Below are positions 31,532 through 41,610 of a stretch of 64,000 bases of DNA, in pieces. The notes below the pieces were generated by a model. That model had not been told where the DNA came from, searched no databases, and saw only the letters and a program-made list of their open reading frames with translations. A program made the position numbers and the translations under genes. Position 1 is the stretch's first letter; each line of letters begins with the position of its first letter. Origin of the DNA: Candidatus Bathyarchaeota archaeon (GTDB taxonomy: Archaea; Thermoproteota; Bathyarchaeia; Bathyarchaeales; Bathycorpusculaceae); the NCBI GenBank assembly GCA_963811105.1, contig CAWEPZ010000008.1:1-64000 (forward strand), in the 5' to 3' direction.

Positions 31532-32323
31532 TTAAAACCATGATAGAGTTCCATTTTTTCTCGCGTTTTTTAGGCACCATGTGTAAATGCCGTATCCTAA
31601 TGGCACAATTATTGCGCACATTAGTGTCAGCACAAGCAGGTCAGGAAGTATCATTTGGATTGTCCAACCTGTAAGCATGAGTCTAATGCACTTGAAGAAG
31701 TAGTATTGGGGTAAGACGTAAGAAATAGCTTGCAGCACAGACGGCAGAACTTGTGGGGGAAAAAGAACGTTTCCAAACAAGCTAGTCAAAATTGTTATGA
31801 GTGCAGTTACAGGGTCTCCTTGCTTAGTTAATATCAGGATGCCAGAGCCAATCATGCTAAAACCGATGAATGCGCTAATTCCTAAGGCTACCACAATAAT
31901 TGTTCCTAAAATGTTAATGCTTAAAGATACACCAAAAATAAACACGCCAATGGCAAGGTAAACCGCCACTGTTCCTGTACTCCAAATGAAGCCCCAAATA
32001 GAGCTGCCAACTATGAAGGTTGTTAAGCTTGTTGGCGAAACCAATACTTCTTCCAGTGCCCAAGGATTAATCGTTTTCTGCACTAAGGTTAAGCTTTGAG
32101 TTAAATAACTGCTAAAGGCTAAGCCGATAAGTAAGTACGTGGTTAAATTCATATTATAATTTTGAAGTACGCTTTGCATGGATGCATTTGATCCAAGATA
32201 AGCAAACGATAGGGCACCAAAAACTGCCGTAAAAATAAGTATGGCCATGTTTGTCTTGTAAGTTGAGAAGCTGATTATGTCTCTCTTCATGAAATAATAG
32301 ATTTTTTCGAGTTCCTCAAACAT
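31532..32323 (-). CDS. ABC-2 type transporter permease
   Basis: Six TMs, LEEVLVSPTS, LFPPQVLP..LQAISYVLPQYY. Confidence 0.85.
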   Translation of the reverse strand: MFEELEKIYYFMKRDIISFSTYKTNMAILIFTAVFGALSFAYLGSNASMQSVLQNYNMNLTTYLLIGLAFSSYLTQSLTLVQKTINPWALEEVLVSPTSLTTFIVGSSIWGFIWSTGTVAVYLAIGVFIFGVSLSINILGTIIVVALGISAFIGFSMIGSGILILTKQGDPVTALITILTSLFGNVLFPPQVLPSVLQAISYVLPQYYFFKCIRLMLTGWTIQMILPDLLVLTLMCAIIVPLGYGIYTWCLKNARKNGTLSWF

Positions 32324-32325
32324 AT

Positions 32326-33336
32326 TTATGCTCTCTTCGTTAATTCGATAAAGGCATCTTCTAAAGTGGGCTCTTCCCGCTTGAAATTTACAAGCTTTAT
32401 TTTTTGTTTGAATAAGAAATCAAAGATTGAAGGCAACTGATCAACATTTTTTAGTTCCACGCATAATGCCCTTTGATTAGGCGCCAAGTCACGTTCACTT
32501 TTTTCTGTTAAGGTGATTACTCCTATTAAAGAACGCAACTGTTCAACTTGACTTTCGGTGATATCTTCGAGTAATAGGTAAATCAGTTCCTCTTTCTTTA
32601 TTTTCGCCCTCAATGCACCCGGTGTGTCACAGGCAACTATTTTTCCCTGCTTTAGGATCCCTATCCTGCTGCAGATTTGGGCTGCCTCCTCAATATAATG
32701 TGTGGTATAAAGCACTGTTTTGCCTGACTCCTCAACAGTCTTTTTAACAAATTCCCGAATATTCCTTGAAGATATAACATCTAAACCAGTTGTGGGTTCA
32801 TCTAAAAGAATAACAGGCGGGTCGGGAAGCAGCGTTCGTGCAAGACTTAGTTTTCTCTTCATCCCGCCAGAATACCTTTGGTAGAGGTCAAAAGCGCTAT
32901 TCTCCAAACCAACCAACTTCATCACTTCCAAAATTCGCTCATGCCGCTTCTGTCTTGGCACATTGTATATTGAAGCGAAAAACTCCAAATTTCTGTAACC
33001 GTTAAGTCTCCAAAAGAAACCTCTCTCTCCAACACTAAACAATGTACCCAAAGACTTCTTAACTTTCATTGGCTCTTTTACTATATCATAACCGTTGATT
33101 AGTGCCGTTCCTCCATCGGGAGGAAGAAGAGTGCATAGCATCTTGACCAGCGTTGTTTTTCCTGCACCGTTTGGACCAAGTAACCCGAAAAGCTCTCCTT
33201 TCTTAATTTCGATGTTGAGGTTGTCGATGGCGTTTACTGAAACAGTTTTGCGCCTAAAAAAACCAGTTTCGGAACTATTTTTTGATTTGAATGTTTTTGT
33301 CAGGTTAATCGTTTGGATGGCGTTTTCGTTTTGCAA
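32326..33336 (-). CDS. ABC transporter ATP-binding protein (DrrA-like)
   Basis: GPNGAGKT, YSGGMKRKL, LLDEPT, TTHY, EPTLEDAF. Confidence 0.93.
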   Translation of the reverse strand: MQNENAIQTINLTKTFKSKNSSETGFFRRKTVSVNAIDNLNIEIKKGELFGLLGPNGAGKTTLVKMLCTLLPPDGGTALINGYDIVKEPMKVKKSLGTLFSVGERGFFWRLNGYRNLEFFASIYNVPRQKRHERILEVMKLVGLENSAFDLYQRYSGGMKRKLSLARTLLPDPPVILLDEPTTGLDVISSRNIREFVKKTVEESGKTVLYTTHYIEEAAQICSRIGILKQGKIVACDTPGALRAKIKKEELIYLLLEDITESQVEQLRSLIGVITLTEKSERDLAPNQRALCVELKNVDQLPSIFDFLFKQKIKLVNFKREEPTLEDAFIELTKRA

Positions 33337-33408
33337 TCATTAAACCTCGAGTCTTGCCTGATTTACCATAATTATCAATCTAATAATGTTGCATAAATTG
33401 TTTAAATC

Positions 33409-34341
33409 TTAGAATTTGTGAATCCATGGAAGAAGTTGCTGTGCATTCTCTGGTTTTTCTGTAAGAGGCAATTGCAAGTAAGCGCCGTGCCTATTGAAGT
33501 ATGGTGCGCCTTTCCTTGAAAACAGAGTTAAAACTCTGCCGTGATGGTTAATTTTGAAGCCCTCCTCGCTTGATTCATGACCCCGGATAAGGATTTTAGC
33601 GTTCAAATTCCCAAGAACCTCCTCGGTTACTTTTCTTCCAAAAAGCTTTCCGGCACCCCTCGGCGAAGCTGAGACGCCCTGCAAACGCTCCTTTGGGTCG
33701 CTCCAAAGCAAATCTTCAAGCAAAGCTTCGTTTTGTTTTTCTTGAGCTTGGGCAATATCTTGGAGATTATTGATTTCTGGCGACACGCCACCGTGAACCA
33801 TCAAGTAGCGATCCTTAACGAACAAGGCGTTATAGAAATAAGCCCACAAAGATTGGATCTTCTCGTAGGCTATCTCCCAGTCTTCGCCAAACCTGTTTTG
33901 GAATTGAAAAGGCAAATCATGTGGTTCACCTATCAGATTTTTTGGGGCTTCATGGTTCCCCCGCAACAGAATTACTTGTTTTGGAAAAACAAGCTTAAGC
34001 TTCAAAACTGCATAGTAGACTTCAGCAGATTTTATGCCTCGGTCTCCATAGTCGCCTAAGAATATCAGTGTGGCATCCTCATTTTTCTCCATTACCTCTA
34101 AAAAATGGCTTTCTTGAAGGATAATTACTAAACTTTCTAAATCTCCATGTAAATCGCCAACGACTAATGCTTCGCCTAACGGTTCAAGTGTAACTAAACG
34201 ATTCACAATTGTTAGATTGCCCACTTGCCCAGTTTCGTCCCGCAACAGGGATGTGACTGTTTCAACTGATTTGATGAATACATCGCTTGGAGCCCCTAAT
34301 GCTTCTCCAATAAGTGAAGACAAATCCAAAGGACGCGCCAC
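33409..34341 (-). CDS. PPP-family Ser/Thr protein phosphatase
   Basis: GDLHG, GDYGDRG, LRGNHE, HGG, DLLWSDP, SPRGAG, IRGHE, LTLFS. Confidence 0.93.
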   Translation of the reverse strand: MARPLDLSSLIGEALGAPSDVFIKSVETVTSLLRDETGQVGNLTIVNRLVTLEPLGEALVVGDLHGDLESLVIILQESHFLEVMEKNEDATLIFLGDYGDRGIKSAEVYYAVLKLKLVFPKQVILLRGNHEAPKNLIGEPHDLPFQFQNRFGEDWEIAYEKIQSLWAYFYNALFVKDRYLMVHGGVSPEINNLQDIAQAQEKQNEALLEDLLWSDPKERLQGVSASPRGAGKLFGRKVTEEVLGNLNAKILIRGHESSEEGFKINHHGRVLTLFSRKGAPYFNRHGAYLQLPLTEKPENAQQLLPWIHKF

Positions 34342-35594
34342 TACGATATTTGAACTTTAATGTTAATTGAATTAAGTATGTTTCTTTCAATGGATCGCTT
34401 TAGACTAGTGATTTTGTCAACTGCGTCATCATAGGAGTTTTCCTTAACAGTTTCATGCGTTTCGATACTTGTTTTCCTGGCTTTAAGCAAGTCAACCTGT
34501 TCTTGAAAAGTGTTGAGACTTTGCTTTATCTCGTCCATTTTCGCAGAAGCAATCAGCAATTCCTTTGTGTTTGCCATTTCCTTGCTTCTGATTTGGAGCT
34601 TCGCAAGCGAGTTTTGTTTTAGAATTTCCTTTATTGACTGCTCAGCTTTGCGTGCTTTATCCTGTTTTAGTTTCAATTTGTCTTCTGCAATTAAACCTTC
34701 AAGCTTCTGCAAAATCTCTTTTAGCAATGGGTAATCGTCTAGTTCGCTTGTTAGCGCTTCGAAAGGTGTCTCTAAATAATGGTTGACTTTGCTGAGCTCA
34801 TCTGGAGTTACTCCTGCTCCGCCTCCCGATATAGCTAATGCTTGCATTTTAATGAAGGGTTTTTGCAGATGCCTAAGCGAATATTTCAATTCGTTGCTTA
34901 ATGTGTCTATTTCAGCATTAACCATGTTTAGCTTATCAATTGGTCCTTTGTTTTTTAATTCATAAATTCTTAATTCCAATTCAGCGATATCTCTCTCTAC
35001 AGGCAAGCGCTCATTCTTTATTTGTTCTTTTTCCTGACCGATGACCTCAAGTTGCTTTTGCACATTTTGTAGCTCGTTCAGTTGCTGTAAAGCTTCTTCC
35101 AAAGTTTTAGTTTTGACGTACTCTTTAGTTAAGAATTCGTTTAACGATTGATTTGCTACCTTAGCCCTTTCATATATTGCTAAGAACTTTCTTCTGTCCA
35201 TGATGAAGAAGGGTGAAATTCGAGGAAACCAATTCTTGATGTCGATATCCATGACTAACATTACCTTTTGAATTTCTTGAACATACCTGCTTAGTGTGTC
35301 ATAACTGATTTCATCAGGCGTCGCAATCTTTTTGAGACGGTCAAGAAACAAATGTGAAAGCTTGTTGAGGGCTCTGGCCCGATTATAAACTTTCATATTT
35401 CTTTTTTCGATTTCTCGTGTGCTGTTATCTAAAAGGATCTTGCTGATGTCGCCAACGCCTTGAAGCGCCATGTTCATGTCATCTCTTAGTTTTTTGGCTT
35501 GGGCGTGTACAGGCGAGAGGATGGAGCTTGTTTGGTTTTCAAGCCAGCGTTTAACCTCGCTTGTATTGGAGAACTGAATTGCTTCCGTCAACAT
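34341..35594 (-). CDS. Long coiled-coil hypothetical protein
   Basis: 417 aa, heptad-rich in E/K/L/Q; its stop overlaps the phosphatase start. Confidence 0.75.
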   Translation of the reverse strand: MLTEAIQFSNTSEVKRWLENQTSSILSPVHAQAKKLRDDMNMALQGVGDISKILLDNSTREIEKRNMKVYNRARALNKLSHLFLDRLKKIATPDEISYDTLSRYVQEIQKVMLVMDIDIKNWFPRISPFFIMDRRKFLAIYERAKVANQSLNEFLTKEYVKTKTLEEALQQLNELQNVQKQLEVIGQEKEQIKNERLPVERDIAELELRIYELKNKGPIDKLNMVNAEIDTLSNELKYSLRHLQKPFIKMQALAISGGGAGVTPDELSKVNHYLETPFEALTSELDDYPLLKEILQKLEGLIAEDKLKLKQDKARKAEQSIKEILKQNSLAKLQIRSKEMANTKELLIASAKMDEIKQSLNTFQEQVDLLKARKTSIETHETVKENSYDDAVDKITSLKRSIERNILNSINIKVQIS

Positions 35595-35707
35595 TATTCC
35601 CTGTACAATAGTGTTTATGAGGGCTTATTTATCAATTTTAGCCTAAATTTCACCGCCTTTCAACAAACTCATTTTTGAGTAGCTACTCTTAAATAGCTAA
35701 CGGCTGA

Positions 35708-36328
35708 ATGAAACAACCGAGAAGGGAACTATTATTGAACGCAAAAAAATTGGCATTTATAGTGATGATGGGAGCACTTGGTAATGTCCTATTTGCAGTC
35801 AGTTACTTTGCAGGACCAATAGCTCCTGGAATAGCTCTGGATTTCTCATTAATGGCTGTATTCATAGCCGGTTTTTTCGTGGGACCCACCGAAGGCATAG
35901 TCACAGGAGTTATCGCAGGAATATTGCCTGGGATAATGTTTGGGCCAGCAGGAACAGGCGGATGGTTAGGACTCATTGGCTTACCGCTCGGAAAAGCCCT
36001 AACAGGCTTAACAGCTGGGTTAGTCGGAAAAAGCATAAACTTGCAAAAACCGCGCTTTTCCCTTCTCGGAATTCCGCTGACTTTAGCGGCATATATTCCA
36101 GAAGCAATATTCACTTATGCCTACTTTGCGTTTTTACTTCCGCTATTCATACCTACCCAGCTACTTGGAAACGCAGTCATAATCACTATCTTGATAAAAG
36201 CGGTCGGTGAAGTGCTCATAATGGGCTTCGTAATAGCGGCATTGCTCGGAAACAAAGGCTTCAATAGTTTCATCCATTCATTTTTCGGTAAGCCACAAAA
36301 AACACTAACAAATGTGACTGCCCCATAA
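35708..36328 (+). CDS. ECF transporter S-component
   Basis: AxxxAL-type N-helix, LDFS..AV.IAGFF.GP..G motif, six TMs. Confidence 0.75.
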   Translation: MKQPRRELLLNAKKLAFIVMMGALGNVLFAVSYFAGPIAPGIALDFSLMAVFIAGFFVGPTEGIVTGVIAGILPGIMFGPAGTGGWLGLIGLPLGKALTGLTAGLVGKSINLQKPRFSLLGIPLTLAAYIPEAIFTYAYFAFLLPLFIPTQLLGNAVIITILIKAVGEVLIMGFVIAALLGNKGFNSFIHSFFGKPQKTLTNVTAP

Positions 36329-36353
36329 AACGTTTTTTTTAACGAAAAGAAAT

Positions 36354-37313
36354 TTAGAATCCTAAGGATTGCGCTAGCACCTTAGGGTTGATTTGTCCTG
36401 CTTTGAAGGTTCTTCCAGTTTTAGCATTGTTAATTATTAGTATTGCTGGGGCGAATAAGCCGTGGTCTATTTTGTAGAAGTCTTTGTCTGCTTCTCGGAA
36501 AATCTGCAGGAATGGTTTACCGTAATCTTTTGAAGCCATTGATGGCGCCTGCTGCATAATATTTTGCAGAGCTGCTTCATCATCATGGTCAACTGTGCAG
36601 TACACTGTTCCTCCGTAGAGGATGGCGTCGTTTGTTCGTGCCATTGCAACTTCAAAATCTGTCCCCAGCGGCGGGATAGGTGCATATCCAAACGCGTGAC
36701 GGATAACCTTGGGGCTTAAGCCAAGAGTACGAAGCTTATGAATACCTACTTCAACTACTCTTCCAGCAACCTGAGTTAATCCAGCAATACTTGCGGTTGG
36801 AGCAACAACGATAATTAGGTTTTCTGTTTTGATATTGCTTGCAATTGTCACTTTTTCAATTAGCACATCTGAGGGCAAAGTGTTGCTTTCCAAAGTAAGC
36901 ACCGCTTTGTCGCTTTGATCTCTGTAGCCAATTTCCTCAAAAATGTCTTTAGGCTTCAGGGCCAAGGCGCGAACTGGGCCTGACCCGATAGCTATTTGGT
37001 CACCGTCTTTTATGCGCCAGCCAGCAAACTGAGAGCCTAACGCTGCAATCGCCGGGTGATCTGTGCTGACAGTGATTGATGGGAAGGTTAAGTCGCCGTA
37101 GGATTTGAATCCAAGTTGAGCTTTTCCAACGCCTCCCATGCAGAGTTCGGTTAGTTTTTTGCCTGCTTGAAAGCCTCCGGGAGCCTTGACTCCCGCGTCG
37201 ATTACGGTGGCTCCAGCAGTTGATTTTGAGACTGTTACACCGTAAAATTCTGGGTTATCGATAAGTTTTTGGGCTATTTTCCAAGCCATTTGGTTTACGC
37301 TTAACGTAGCCAT
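36354..37313 (-). CDS. mch: Methenyltetrahydromethanopterin cyclohydrolase
   Basis: VIDAGV, ELCMGG, LGSQFAGW, GSGPVRALA, QVAGRVVE, MARTNDAILYGG, SKDYGKPF, DFYKID..LFAPA. Confidence 0.95.
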   Translation of the reverse strand: MATLSVNQMAWKIAQKLIDNPEFYGVTVSKSTAGATVIDAGVKAPGGFQAGKKLTELCMGGVGKAQLGFKSYGDLTFPSITVSTDHPAIAALGSQFAGWRIKDGDQIAIGSGPVRALALKPKDIFEEIGYRDQSDKAVLTLESNTLPSDVLIEKVTIASNIKTENLIIVVAPTASIAGLTQVAGRVVEVGIHKLRTLGLSPKVIRHAFGYAPIPPLGTDFEVAMARTNDAILYGGTVYCTVDHDDEAALQNIMQQAPSMASKDYGKPFLQIFREADKDFYKIDHGLFAPAILIINNAKTGRTFKAGQINPKVLAQSLGF

Positions 37314-37385
37314 GACTTTTCACTTCATCTAGCGTATTGTTGATTTGTTTTTTCATATTAACTTAACGCTGAAAATGCTCAAGTG

Positions 37386-38333
37386 CTACGGTCTGTATCC
37401 GTTAAGAGTGCAAAGCGCCAAAGCTGCTGCCGTCAAATCCGCGGTAGTCCCAGGATTACACTTGTTTTGGGATAAACGCAGTTTCTTATCGAGCTCTTTG
37501 AGAGTTTTTGTACCTTCTTCGGTTTCTAAACCACCAAGCTCTAAAACAGCCTTTGCCTCCTGTGACACTTCTTGCGCTTTTTTGATGCCGACTTTTCTTG
37601 CTATGAAGGTGTCAGGGCGATTTGACAGAATTTTTAGGAAAGAGTGAACGACGGCAGTGTTAAAAGGCTTAGTTTTTAGCTGTTCAGTAAGGTATGGGTA
37701 GGCTAAATCGAAGGTTATGGGATAATTGTTTATCCATTCATAGCAGATGTCATCGTAGTTTTCGCCGATTTTGAAAACCTCAAACAAAGTGACGTTATCT
37801 CGCATCAAGAGTTCTTTGGAAGCGGGGTCGGTTACATCAAGTTCAATCGATTTGTTAAGACCACTCGGACTAGCTATATCTACTGCCTCATAGAGGTGTA
37901 CGGAATCCCAAGCGGTTGTTGCTCTAATGACAAGATCAATATTTTTGCGCAATTGAGAGAAGTCGAAGCTTTCATTTTTTTTGGTTAGTGTCATTCCTGC
38001 GGCGACAGCAATTGGCATAAACAGCATTATGGTGCCGAGAATCGTGTTTCCACCCCTCTGCCAATCGTTAACGTCGCTCGCGCAGGTTTTGACAAGTTGA
38101 CCCAGACCTACTTCACCGATACCAAGCTTGTTTTTGGCCACTAAAGCTCCTCGAATTGCCGCTTCTTGGATAGTTGTCCCTGCAGCAATGGCTGAAGCCA
38201 AAAAATGTTGGCACGTTGTCTTCTCAAAACTCGATGTTAGATTGACGTTACCGGGCTTTTCTGCACTGACCTCTAAGAGTATAGCCAATTGGAGGCATTT
38301 TGAGATGTGTTGTGCTTTTTCTTGGTTACTCAT
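37386..38333 (-). CDS. citG: Archaeal CitG-like triphosphoribosyl transferase
   Basis: LLEVSAEKPGNV, GNTILGTIML, PDTFIARK.G, NPGTTADLTAA. Start placed at MSNQEK (38333). Confidence 0.88.
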   Translation of the reverse strand: MSNQEKAQHISKCLQLAILLEVSAEKPGNVNLTSSFEKTTCQHFLASAIAAGTTIQEAAIRGALVAKNKLGIGEVGLGQLVKTCASDVNDWQRGGNTILGTIMLFMPIAVAAGMTLTKKNESFDFSQLRKNIDLVIRATTAWDSVHLYEAVDIASPSGLNKSIELDVTDPASKELLMRDNVTLFEVFKIGENYDDICYEWINNYPITFDLAYPYLTEQLKTKPFNTAVVHSFLKILSNRPDTFIARKVGIKKAQEVSQEAKAVLELGGLETEEGTKTLKELDKKLRLSQNKCNPGTTADLTAAALALCTLNGYRP

Positions 38334-38429
38334 AGTTCTACGTGTAAAGTGGTTTAAAGAAGGTTTATTAAACTTTGCAAAAAAGTACAAGCATTCGAAA
38401 AACACATAGATTAGACTTGAGGGATAAGT

Positions 38430-39449
38430 TTGAAGGCTCGTGAAGGCGACTTAATCAAAACAAAGAGTAATGTGGTTTTTGACGTTAAAGGTTTAGTTCA
38501 CCCCGCAGACAAAATTATTGCTTTTCCCCGCTTTATTCCTTCACCGATGGGTACCAGAAGGGGTGATAACGGTGCCTATGGCAAAGTCTACAACCTCGGT
38601 GACAGGTTCAAGTATCTGCAAGAAAACCAGCCTGATCTCATCGTTTTTGACCCTGTCTTCGGCGAAACAATGTGCGAAGTCCCAGTTACAGATATAGCTG
38701 AGCAGTATAAACCTGAAGAAAAACTTTGGTCGCTGCGTTCATCCAAAGATCTTACGGTTTTGGAGAACAAGGCTTTGCAGCTGGCTGAACTCCTGAAGGT
38801 AGAGGCCGCCATTCCCTGGAGCAGCATTGGGATTTCTGGGTCGATCATGGCGGGTTTAACTACTGATAAATCAGACATTGATCCATTAATTTATGGGGTG
38901 GAGAACTGTCGAAAAGCCTACGCTGCACTGCAGGAGTTGCTGGGGAAGTCGGATTCTGGGTTCAAACCTTACAGCCGAGAAGAACTTGTGGAACTTTTCG
39001 ATTTTCGTTCGAAAGACACACAAATGAGCTTAGAAGACTTCGTTTTAGTCGAAAGTCGCAAGGCGTTTCAAGGCAAATTCATGGGAACTGACTATTTTAT
39101 TCGTTTCGTGAAGGAATGGAACGAAATAAACGAACATTATGGGGATGTGTGGTTCAAGAACAGTGGCTATGCAAAAGTAACCGCCAAAATAGCCGATGCC
39201 ACCGACTCGCTTTTCACTCCGTGCACCTACAAGCTTCAAGATGTCCGAGTTGTTGAAGGACCCAAATTGGCCCCAATAACTGAAATTGTTTCTTTCCGCG
39301 GCAGGTTCTGTGAGCAAGCAGCAAACGGCGAAGCGGTTGAGGCTCAGGGAAAAGTTGAATTAGTAACCAACAGGAAAATGGGCTGCGAATATTTCCGTTT
39401 GATATTGGGCAATAAGCCGTCGGATTATTTGGTTCTTTCACATGGTTAA
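38430..39449 (+). CDS. Predicted nucleotidyltransferase (COG1665-like), paralog 1
   Basis: REGD...FDVKGLVHP; GISGS..AGL....SDIDPLIYG; C-terminal OB-like SFRGRFCEQA..GE.VEAQGKVE. Confidence 0.8.
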   Translation: MKAREGDLIKTKSNVVFDVKGLVHPADKIIAFPRFIPSPMGTRRGDNGAYGKVYNLGDRFKYLQENQPDLIVFDPVFGETMCEVPVTDIAEQYKPEEKLWSLRSSKDLTVLENKALQLAELLKVEAAIPWSSIGISGSIMAGLTTDKSDIDPLIYGVENCRKAYAALQELLGKSDSGFKPYSREELVELFDFRSKDTQMSLEDFVLVESRKAFQGKFMGTDYFIRFVKEWNEINEHYGDVWFKNSGYAKVTAKIADATDSLFTPCTYKLQDVRVVEGPKLAPITEIVSFRGRFCEQAANGEAVEAQGKVELVTNRKMGCEYFRLILGNKPSDYLVLSHG

Positions 39450-40519
39450 TGCTGCACTTTGAGGACTTGTTCGTAGTAGCGTGGACAGTAGGTTAAGGTA
39501 ATCTGGTAGCATGTTTCTCTTGGTGTTGTGACTTCTTCAAGGTTGCCTTCAACAATTATGACTTCGTCTTTTTGGGCTTGCTGGCGGAACTCTTCCATGA
39601 AAGAGATAACCCGCCGTGCCTGAAGTCCAACTGGGTCACCGCTTAAAACTTCCAAGGCTTTGATGCCGTAAATTGATGGAATAAAGGGTGCTTCACCGTC
39701 CGACGTGACTTTGGCTTTTAGTTTTATCCAGCCTTTAGATGTAATTTTCGTTTTTGGGTCGTATTCAGATTTAATTTCGCCCCAAGCCTTCACCGGTTCA
39801 AACTCAGCTTTGATAGTTCTGCCGCTGGCTTTATCATCATATAACCCGTAGATTTGTTTTCTTCGCTGATGCCAAACAAAGTCTTCAGTAGTGAAGTTTT
39901 TAAACCGCCAATCCTTACCCGCCATGGCTTTATCTGATTCAAACTCGTTAGTCAAACACGAACGCTTATCAGCATACAAGGCTTCAAGCGCTTTTCGCAT
40001 TTTGCAATTTTCATTTTTGCCATAAACCACAAGATCGATATCTGAGAATTTTGGGTGATGAAAACCATGCAACATGGAGCCGAAAACTCCGAAGTTTGAA
40101 GTTTTTAACCCTGATTTTTTGGTTACTTTATCAAGCACTTTTTGCATTGCTAAGATGAGTTCATCTTTTGATTCAGTTCTAATTATTTCTTGCAATCTTT
40201 CTTCTGGTTTTCTTGTTTGCGCGATTTCAGCTTCATTTATGCCAATAACTTTTCGGCGCAGCATGTCGTGATAAACGGTGTATTTTTGGAAAGAGTTGGC
40301 AATTAGTTTCCATCCTTCATCGTTATAGAATTTGTAGAAGATTTTGTTTCTGCCTGTTCTTTGCGCTCGAGCGTCATTTGAGGTGAAAATGTTTGAAGAG
40401 GCATATTCAGCATCACAAATGTATGCTTGTGGCGGGTGAGAGTATCCAAAGACGCGGAAAATCAAGCCTTCACTCGTCTCTATACCGTCTCGGTCACGCA
40501 GTTTTATGCTATTGGCCAT
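39446..40519 (-). CDS. Predicted nucleotidyltransferase (COG1665-like), paralog 2
   Basis: RDRD...FRVFGYSHP; GVFGS.LHG....SDIDLVVYG; SFMEEFRQQA..DE.IIVEGNLE. Confidence 0.8.
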   Translation of the reverse strand: MANSIKLRDRDGIETSEGLIFRVFGYSHPPQAYICDAEYASSNIFTSNDARAQRTGRNKIFYKFYNDEGWKLIANSFQKYTVYHDMLRRKVIGINEAEIAQTRKPEERLQEIIRTESKDELILAMQKVLDKVTKKSGLKTSNFGVFGSMLHGFHHPKFSDIDLVVYGKNENCKMRKALEALYADKRSCLTNEFESDKAMAGKDWRFKNFTTEDFVWHQRRKQIYGLYDDKASGRTIKAEFEPVKAWGEIKSEYDPKTKITSKGWIKLKAKVTSDGEAPFIPSIYGIKALEVLSGDPVGLQARRVISFMEEFRQQAQKDEVIIVEGNLEEVTTPRETCYQITLTYCPRYYEQVLKVQH

Positions 40520-41541
40520 ATGTATTCTTCCTCTGATGTTGCTGTTCCAACAACCACTTGATAATAAACTTCATCTGAAGTTGTTGATTCCACTCGTTCC
40601 AGTTTGCCCGCGACTTTAATCTCGCTTCCTTTGCGGGCTATGTTTCTGTAGCAGCCTATATTTGAAACAACCTGAACTGGAATTTTGTCTAAATCAAGCT
40701 CTGACTGCTCATCTTGCGGTTTGTAGCCTGAAATCTTGTATATAGCTGGACGATACATAGTTTCAGTATCATCGCAAACAGTTGCTTGGAATCGCACCGG
40801 GTCAAGCGGAATATAGCGGTAGGCTCCATATTTCTCCTTGACTTGTTCAGTTTTTTTGGTAGCGTTATACATGAAGATTTTGCCCAGGTATTTTCCCTGG
40901 AATTTTCTTGCAGCTTCCAACCGGTTGCCGATAATGTAACTTAATTTTGCAGTAGTTAACAAGCCTGGCTATAGCCTCTTCCACTAAACGGAAGTTTTCT
41001 GTGCCGTAAATAACGAAATCTATGTCTGATTCTGGTGCATGCATGTTCAAGGCGATGGAACCGTGGACTCCAAAATCTCTTAAATAGTATGTCCTGATTC
41101 CTTTGATATTAAATGAATTAGGCTCAGAGCCATTTGTTGGAGTTTGTCTTTTTTTGGCAGGTTTTGCAGCCAGACCAAGCGGTCTTTGGGAACAAAAACC
41201 TGCTGGATTAATTCGAGGGGTGCAGTGATTAATTCTTTGTTTCGGTAGGGGCAGAAGTAAAGGTAATCGGGAAAGTTTTTGCGGAAAGCTTCAATAAAAG
41301 TCTGGTAGTTTTTTGCAGTGTAGAGTTTTTCTGCTCTGAAAAGCTGGTTATCGCCAAACGTCCAGGTTCTCTCCAACATTTCAACGTCAAAAAGCTCCTT
41401 GTATTTGGCTGGGATATATTTGAGGAATGCGAAAACGCGGTCGTCTGGATGCTCGTACCCAAAAGTGTTGAGTATAAAGCCATCTTTGGTTACGAAGGTG
41501 TCTCCATCCATTGGAACCCAGATATCTTCAGTTATATTCAT
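40504..41541 (-). CDS. Predicted nucleotidyltransferase (COG1665-like), paralog 3 (frameshifts near 41085 and 40955)
   Basis: Three frames join: DGD...NTFGYEHP / [23 protein letters not shown] / [23 protein letters not shown]. Confidence 0.75.
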
Positions 41542-41610
41542 GCCCCGCGGAATAAGATTAAAAGTGAAGATTAAAAAAGTTATTGCATTAAACGAATCTT
41601 GAGATAGAGC

